Positions 60,101 to 64,000 of a stretch of DNA of 64,000 bases are shown here, piece by piece. The stretch covers positions 160,001 through 224,000 of the forward strand of contig CAVXVG010000026.1 of NCBI GenBank assembly GCA_963765145.1. The letters are read 5' to 3'. The notes beneath the pieces were generated by a model. It was not told the DNA's origin and made no database searches. It saw only the letters and a program-made list of their open reading frames with translations. The translations under genes and the position numbers were made by a program. Every line of letters begins with the position of its first letter. The stretch's first letter is position 1. This DNA is from Parachlamydiales bacterium. GTDB lineage: Bacteria; Chlamydiota; Chlamydiia; Chlamydiales; JAJFMK01.

Positions 60101-61655
60101 ATAACTGTTGCTTTTTGAGCTCTTCCTCTAAAAATTGGAGGAATAAAACGGCAGCAGTATCATCTTTTCCATCCGACGCATTGCCTGTGAGATAATCCTT
60201 AATCCATCTGTCGGGGCTTGCAAAAGGATCGGGTAGTACACTGTAAAGATCATATCCTTCCTCTACCCGGATTTCTTTAATCCATGGATAAAGGACGATT
60301 TGTTGATCCCCATCATGTACTAACACCCCAGGAAAGGCGAGCTGGATCTCTTGTCCATCTGGTAAGTCGGTAAGCAATAATTTCCTAACTAAATGGCTTG
60401 GAAGAGATACACAGAAAGTTGGAGGAATCAAAACAGCGTTATAACCGGCAATCTCTAAAAGATGGAGGAGAAAAGCACATTGATCAGAGGGGGAACCTTG
60501 TCCTTCCAGAAAAGTCATTAAGGGGCTTCGCTTGTAAAGAGGTTCTATAAATATTCCTCCATTATTTTTTAGCCCGATGAGATCGAGTTCGATCTCGTTT
60601 TGAACATACTGGGCTAATGAGATGGGGTCTTTTCCCATATCTTGAACAAACTGAACAAGGACAGGATGTTTTTTATCATTGGAGCAAGGAACGGTGGGAG
60701 CAGATAGTGCAATCGATTGTTTGGATAGGGGCTCTAAGAAGCTCGACAAAGCAGGTTTTTTTAACATCCCTAATTGCCAAGGCGGCGGCTCTAAAAAATG
60801 AAGAGCGTACAAAAGCTTTTCGCCTGAAAAAACCTGGAAGCTATAGTTAGGATAGACGGCTTTCTGTGCAATTAAATATTGATTTTCAGAAATATATCCA
60901 ATGCGTAGATCAAGGCCATATTCCTTTGAAAGGAACGTTTTGGGGATGTAAAGGAGTCCATCTTCTTTCAAATGCAAATCCCATCCTTGGCCTGAAGGGG
61001 AAGGTAGAGAGATATTCTCTTCGTAGAGCAGCTTTTCCTGTTCGTAAACTTTGACAGTCAGCTCCGGAGAGTCACTTTGAACTGTGGTTTGGTAAAACTG
61101 TTGGGTATAGAAGGTGTGATCAGATTTTGAGGTGAAATAAAACAGATCCCTTCGCTTTTTCTCCCTTTGCAAAGTGGCGTCCAAACTCAAGGGAATATGG
61201 GCAGGCTCTTTTCTGCTCGGAATTTTTTTCAATTGCAGCTTTGGTAAAAGCTCTCTTGCTTCTTTTTGGGCGTTAGAAAGATGGAAAATATTGTTGTTTA
61301 GAAGCACTGCAAGTTGTTCACATCTTTTGAGAGTTATCTCAGCATCTATTCGGATGTCTTCGATCTTTGCTTTAAGATTCTTTTTCGCTTCACTTTGGCT
61401 AAGGATCCGTAAGATTTGTTCTAGGTTTTGCTTGGATAGAATGACTTCAGCTAAAGCGCGATGATATTTGTCGAGACGTTCGTCAACCAGTTGGAAATCA
61501 CACCGATCTGCCTCTTTTATCAACTGATCGTGATTTTTGATCCTTGTAGCAGCAGCTTCTCTATGCTCTCTACAATGTTTTTCGTAGCTGTTTTCGGAGA
61601 AGAGGAGGGTGGGAACTATAAGGCAGAGGGATAGGAGGGAGTAGAAAGTCTTCAT
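54114..61655 (-). CDS. Rhs2: signal peptide, inactive transglutaminase-like domain, DUF6531, YD/Rhs core and alpha/beta-hydrolase (DUF687-like lipase) tip
   Basis: Same architecture as Rhs1; tip FINGINNT, FCHSGGA, VSRNDFV, WDH (Ser-Asp-His). Confidence 0.9.
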   Translation of the reverse strand: MKTFYSLLSLCLIVPTLLFSENSYEKHCREHREAAATRIKNHDQLIKEADRCDFQLVDERLDKYHRALAEVILSKQNLEQILRILSQSEAKKNLKAKIEDIRIDAEITLKRCEQLAVLLNNNIFHLSNAQKEARELLPKLQLKKIPSRKEPAHIPLSLDATLQREKKRRDLFYFTSKSDHTFYTQQFYQTTVQSDSPELTVKVYEQEKLLYEENISLPSPSGQGWDLHLKEDGLLYIPKTFLSKEYGLDLRIGYISENQYLIAQKAVYPNYSFQVFSGEKLLYALHFLEPPPWQLGMLKKPALSSFLEPLSKQSIALSAPTVPCSNDKKHPVLVQFVQDMGKDPISLAQYVQNEIELDLIGLKNNGGIFIEPLYKRSPLMTFLEGQGSPSDQCAFLLHLLEIAGYNAVLIPPTFCVSLPSHLVRKLLLTDLPDGQEIQLAFPGVLVHDGDQQIVLYPWIKEIRVEEGYDLYSVLPDPFASPDRWIKDYLTGNASDGKDDTAAVLFLQFLEEELKKQQLSIKDVGIHRTICKKQFNSWEDFPRPSKQAENQEGFPLNQPSLMQITVGSCENPYKRRSISLPLPNLNEGIMELSFSPSEFRLQMEDVQGKSLVLPLDAYDSTLSLTVCFNDKPLKAFSFTRGTRTALCFHTGRVTTKHLELFQKAYETEKDETKRLHHLLSFMGMAYFEKCSRAEQILAALHKIPPITCFAVGLAKLSPDLSTGELVFPQVDMQFYTTYLDEPTPLKTVLGGQLQNHLAINNSSNEHQILRDLFQDSHPVSTVKLLENAHREDRGILALTKESFSQLDKIPFLQLRALSKGQWAILKEVFEDPKSSPLSYAYMTPELISNGRNPPSYRGIGTLIFNPRFSAALISDHDHFIHGGYGSPLPPNFLVDTKLSPYKNGFTLFKISNDLLSLPKLTPTNQQVTEQIQKTWLTADVRPGHKLGTNLVSDPVDVVTGAFYVDEVDLTLPGPFPLQIRRNYSNQSPLPGLFGFGWKLGLNPYLHEEDDKLFAAEMDGTVIVYRLNGDCYEVFAEDNPELRNFGGTANPFHAYIKDNILYGADGSSRIFKDRLLRQWIDPVGNILSFDYDGEQLVKIENSIDSFVRFHYNPEGKISEAFTKDGRWVKYHYTYQGDLDQVTLPNGAIIAYAYDGHHQITQESRPCGRVLENKYNTKGQVIEQCSPVGLQQQIVPSATFKFEDGMTTVIDGEGGTTQYLIYDKQIYKITDPVGQTTYQSWFIDERSYFDAIGGKVLLWEGNGAYSNSLKTTQDKRGLITEYRYDACGNPNSFIFLDIEKRLKYNEHHLCVKESTLNRTTRTFYHEYLPVKIEKWVDDQLTSTTHFTYDEKGHLIQQNVDGAVSRWTYESGLPIQMIQETGTEDPDVVTTFKYNRQGQCIEKVSSDGIERHEYDIMGNNLVTSLYNRFGQLLSTTYFGYNQNNQMIWKQGPNPENTLFIDYNAAGQVMASRQALTEGYAYTLYEYDTRGELIEEVNPLGVSICRKLDEIGRPISVTKAGLTTQYIYEPGGFVASTLSPMGAKITRNYTTNGLLEKEVYPDGTESTFVYDPFGRPTQEVRNGTITNIFYDDLHQKIVRTTANITETQTFDTRGLLIASTDGEGSTWKKTYDGLGRVKTEISPDGQQTTWNYNGDTIICHLPSGEKTVQQFECGQLIKSETFNLNGDLIASTKIIYDHERNLKQEISGHQTISTWFNTLGQPLKVEDRLTTILYRYDPSGQCIATTDGEGRTTHFQFDPHGRLTKKTLPDHTSIGYTYDDDSHLVSYDLPENLSWKASYDQMGRKTSEQLQSGFEVSQQWQYIYENGLLQRAIDPMGRAHIYSYDALSRLERETINDFTRSFAYDNRGLITSAENNDSKVLRSYDTCGRLISESTYLDSTLIQQTNQSWSPTNRILIVNGHQREFSYESGRLKTVSSQGQTLRYDYDLSGNLVKKATPFATVDIHYNASLPESIITHLQDHTHTESLKWSPSGKLSSHNTKNFSYTPQGFLSQAGEEHFSFNPLGIRNSANHTSIPHDGIDAFGKIIAELIDSKPVKTTYNALGQTTSQNDTSFEWDPWGNLIKVTTPNSTWKASYDSFGRRLKTTHTAGWWPFPIHTLSYYDPQHEFQEIGLQSGSNTFWKIYGPNSCEFILDDKGNSVGLLNDAVGNLIAVLTSKNTSWTKELPSAYGPLTAPPTTSSLLTYAHSLTWQGKQQDPTGLIHFGARYYDPTRGRFLSPDPIAYPIPLNLYSYANGDPINFRDPSGRFASTIYETTQRFVADSFLPLPVSHVYNHMIQSCNALSAYCANNGFTRSSQFQVGSFDLPNGSIDFINGINNTETESLATVTQLSKYAQGAKVHGTYNRSNTVPVDILECMVQHMGFHTPPVQLIKNRWNHLIAKHGPDAKFLQFCHSGGADQIKNALLSSPESVRKQIIVVALAPSVIIPNELCFQSYNYVSRNDFVTYLDIMGQLNHGDELMVLDPHPSADWWDHGISSPTFEVPLRRRINEYIKDYGGKK

Positions 61656-61785
61656 TCGTTAATCTCCAAACATCAAAAGACTGGAAGGTTGTATCAGACT
61701 TTCTGTTTCAAAGCTATCTATATAAATTGACTTTTCTTCAGTTATAAATTAATATCGCAGGCCCAACATAACATAAGGAAATATT

Positions 61786-63714
61786 ATGTCCCGAATCGAT
61801 GTTGGTACAGACAGATACAGTGTTAATTTTGATACATTTGAAATAAATTCGGAAAAATCTAAGAACCACCTCAAGCTAGAAAATAGAGTAGCCCAAGCTG
61901 CTAAAGGTTCAATTAGCGCCTACAGCAGAGGAGAACTCTCGCTAAGCGGAGCTACTTTTTCTAATGTTAATTATGGCTCAAGGTTCTTCGTCGATTCACC
62001 CTCGACCTTCCCTGGTGGCACCTTGGTCCTTATGGATGCTCCCTTTTCTATGAATTCCACAACTAATCTAATTACCCCCCTAGAGTTAGTTGAAAGGTAC
62101 AAAAAAAACTCGATAGGTCAGGATCCTATCACATGTGCCTTGAGATTCGCAGATTACGATGCTGTTCTTGCCATCGCTGACTATAATTATGAAGAGTCAA
62201 AAGGGAGCTCTCAATATAGCGAAGTATTGAATGCAGTACTGAGAAGAATCATACTAGGTGACGCCCCCATAGTTTTCCTTGATCTCAAGGAAAAAGAGCA
62301 ATTTATCATCTTGAAATTATTTGATCGTTTGATTAATTCCGGCAAAGTTTCTCCTAAAACCGATGCATCCTCTCATATCGATACAACCGGATGCTTACTA
62401 CTGAAGTTTCAATTCTTTGATTTACTCGAAAGGCTTCTTGCTGCTGGCTATGACATAGACCAAAGCTACGGACAATTACTCAAGGAGGCAATACGAAATA
62501 ATGATGAAAAAGGAGTCAAGTTCCTTTTCGAACATGGAGCTAAACTAGAAAATGGATTTGGGCATGATGAACTGCACGATGCGTTGCAAAAAGGCAATGT
62601 TACCATCGCTAAATTACTTCTCGAAAACGGTGCAGATGTTCATAAACAGTATGAAGAGCATTCTTTACAGTATTCTCTAGTAGATATAGCTGATAGATGT
62701 GTTGCAAAACCTTTTAGAAGTCAGGCTATCAAACTTCTAGAATCCTATGGTGCTGTTTCAAATGAAACAGAACGAGTCAATCTATTGCTTAGCCGCTTTG
62801 AGAAAACCAGCGAGCAATTCTCCCCTGTTAAATACTGTCTCTCAAACCAAAAATATAGGTCTGCAAGGGATTTACTCTGCTTAATCAAAGAGAGGCAAGA
62901 GCTGTTTGAGATTCTAGGCTTCTTTTTCGAAAATGATCCTGACATTCTCGAAAGGACATTTACTGGCATAAGCCCTTTTTGTGAAGATGAAGGTGCTTTC
63001 CTTGATAAATTGCTTGATATAGCATTTGAATTAGATGTTACTCCGGCTGATTTCAATCCTTATTTCCAAACATTTTGTAAGATTGGAGATGGCCCAATCG
63101 TACCAATTATCAAACGACTTTTGGACTTCGGCGTCGATCCTAACCAATCAGGTGGAATAGGAATTGCTACAGCTGCGTGGTTTAACCAACAGGATTTAGT
63201 AGATTTGTTCATTGAGTATGGAGCCAAGCTAGACCTTCAACATAACCCCCTCTATGCAGCAATGATGAACGGAAACATCTATATAGCTGAGCAACTCCTC
63301 AAGAAGAGCGCAGACATTGATAAGGACGATCTGCTGCTTACGACAATCTTGTTAGGCAAATTCGAATACAGTCCATTTCAAGTCACAACTCTGTCTGAGC
63401 TGGCCGTCATCTACCAAAATCGGGATTTAATAAGAGACTTGAAGAAGGGAGTATATTCTCATAACCAAGAAAGCCACCTTAATAGGATTGCCTTCTTGCT
63501 AGAGAATGGGGCTGATCCGAATAAGCCACCAAAAGACGAGCCTTTCAGCATCCTTTATTCAGCTCTTTCCTTGCCTGATCACGATAACCATGTTTGTGAA
63601 TACAAAAAATCTGTTCTCGATTTACTCGTCCAATATGGTGCAAAGCTCACCTCCAAGGATGGTGTTGTTAAATTCCTGGCAGAAAAATACAGAATAGATT
63701 TAGAGAGGGTTTAA
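61786..63714 (+). CDS. Ankyrin-repeat protein, effector-like
   Basis: ELHDALQKGNVTIAKLLLENGADV, NPLYAAMMNGNIYIAEQLLKKSADI, FLLENGADPN. Confidence 0.88.
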   Translation: MSRIDVGTDRYSVNFDTFEINSEKSKNHLKLENRVAQAAKGSISAYSRGELSLSGATFSNVNYGSRFFVDSPSTFPGGTLVLMDAPFSMNSTTNLITPLELVERYKKNSIGQDPITCALRFADYDAVLAIADYNYEESKGSSQYSEVLNAVLRRIILGDAPIVFLDLKEKEQFIILKLFDRLINSGKVSPKTDASSHIDTTGCLLLKFQFFDLLERLLAAGYDIDQSYGQLLKEAIRNNDEKGVKFLFEHGAKLENGFGHDELHDALQKGNVTIAKLLLENGADVHKQYEEHSLQYSLVDIADRCVAKPFRSQAIKLLESYGAVSNETERVNLLLSRFEKTSEQFSPVKYCLSNQKYRSARDLLCLIKERQELFEILGFFFENDPDILERTFTGISPFCEDEGAFLDKLLDIAFELDVTPADFNPYFQTFCKIGDGPIVPIIKRLLDFGVDPNQSGGIGIATAAWFNQQDLVDLFIEYGAKLDLQHNPLYAAMMNGNIYIAEQLLKKSADIDKDDLLLTTILLGKFEYSPFQVTTLSELAVIYQNRDLIRDLKKGVYSHNQESHLNRIAFLLENGADPNKPPKDEPFSILYSALSLPDHDNHVCEYKKSVLDLLVQYGAKLTSKDGVVKFLAEKYRIDLERV

Positions 63715-63810
63715 AAAACCACCTAAAGGACTTTGTCCTGTCTCTTTTCAAAATATAATAGCGTCCTGAGAAAACTTTCCACGACGCTATTTTTAGGATT
63801 CACCTTAAAT

Positions 63811-63839
63811 GCTTTCATATTTCGGTCCTGCGGACCTAT
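63811..63839 (-). repeat. Terminal part of a right arm of family C
   Basis: Reverse complement matches 48286-48314 at 27/29 nt. Confidence 0.8.
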
Positions 63840-63874
63840 TAGAAGGCAAAATTTCGTATTTCAAGCGCTTCGGG

Positions 63875-64000
63875 TTAGAAGGTAGCTTGGAGGCCGGCGC
63901 TTATGAAGAAGTTGGAGGCATTTCTCCATACTTCACCGCCGTATTCAGCCCACAGCCTTACGTTTTCGTTGACCTGACTTGATAGGGTGACGGCTGCCTC
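63875..64000 (-). CDS. 3' end of a probable outer-membrane beta-barrel/autotransporter gene extending beyond the window
   Basis: Open frame EAAVTLSSQVNENVRLWAEYGGEVWRNASNFFISAGLQATF*; amphipathic strands and terminal Phe. Confidence 0.65.
   Translation of the reverse strand, partial: EAAVTLSSQVNENVRLWAEYGGEVWRNASNFFISAGLQATF

Noticed and set aside
61765..61795. dif-like sequence at the ankyrin gene start
   Set aside because: The spacer is 7 bp, the XerD arm is incomplete, and it overlaps the RBS and ATG

Overview
This window is probably from an environmental member of the Chlamydiota. That is an inference from gene content and order: PhnP-like hydrolase-hflX-mtaB, stand-alone tRNA-Ala/tRNA-Ile, LRR and ankyrin effector-like genes, and a DUF687-like lipase domain. 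The left part (1-27 kb) holds an Ig/cadherin-like membrane protein, a stress cluster (DUF892, CsbD, BON), signal-peptide-bearing methyltransferases, msrBA, brnQ, a type III PKS-methyltransferase-FAD oxidoreductase-glycosyltransferase operon, htpX, mdh and a frameshifted citrate synthase. The middle and right parts hold two conflict regions. The first has an AbiJ/HEPN gene and a 2422-aa Rhs toxin followed by orphan toxin/immunity cassettes separated by a structured repeat of about 116 bp. The second has a trypsin-like protease, a nuclease-SF2 helicase with 13 HA repeats, a 2513-aa Rhs-lipase with a lipoprotein immunity gene and an ankyrin protein. Both Rhs proteins carry a Sec-type signal peptide and an apparently inactive transglutaminase-like domain. 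The intergenic DNA contains at least seven families of short palindromic (REP/MITE-like) elements, which nest five deep at 17589-18119. A four-helix-bundle gene is bracketed by inverted GGGCAA hexamer arrays that also occur as empty copies. Interleaved duplicated gene fragments bound the right-hand accessory region. No transposase, integrase, CRISPR array or rRNA was seen. All calls are by eye from motifs; no searches were run.
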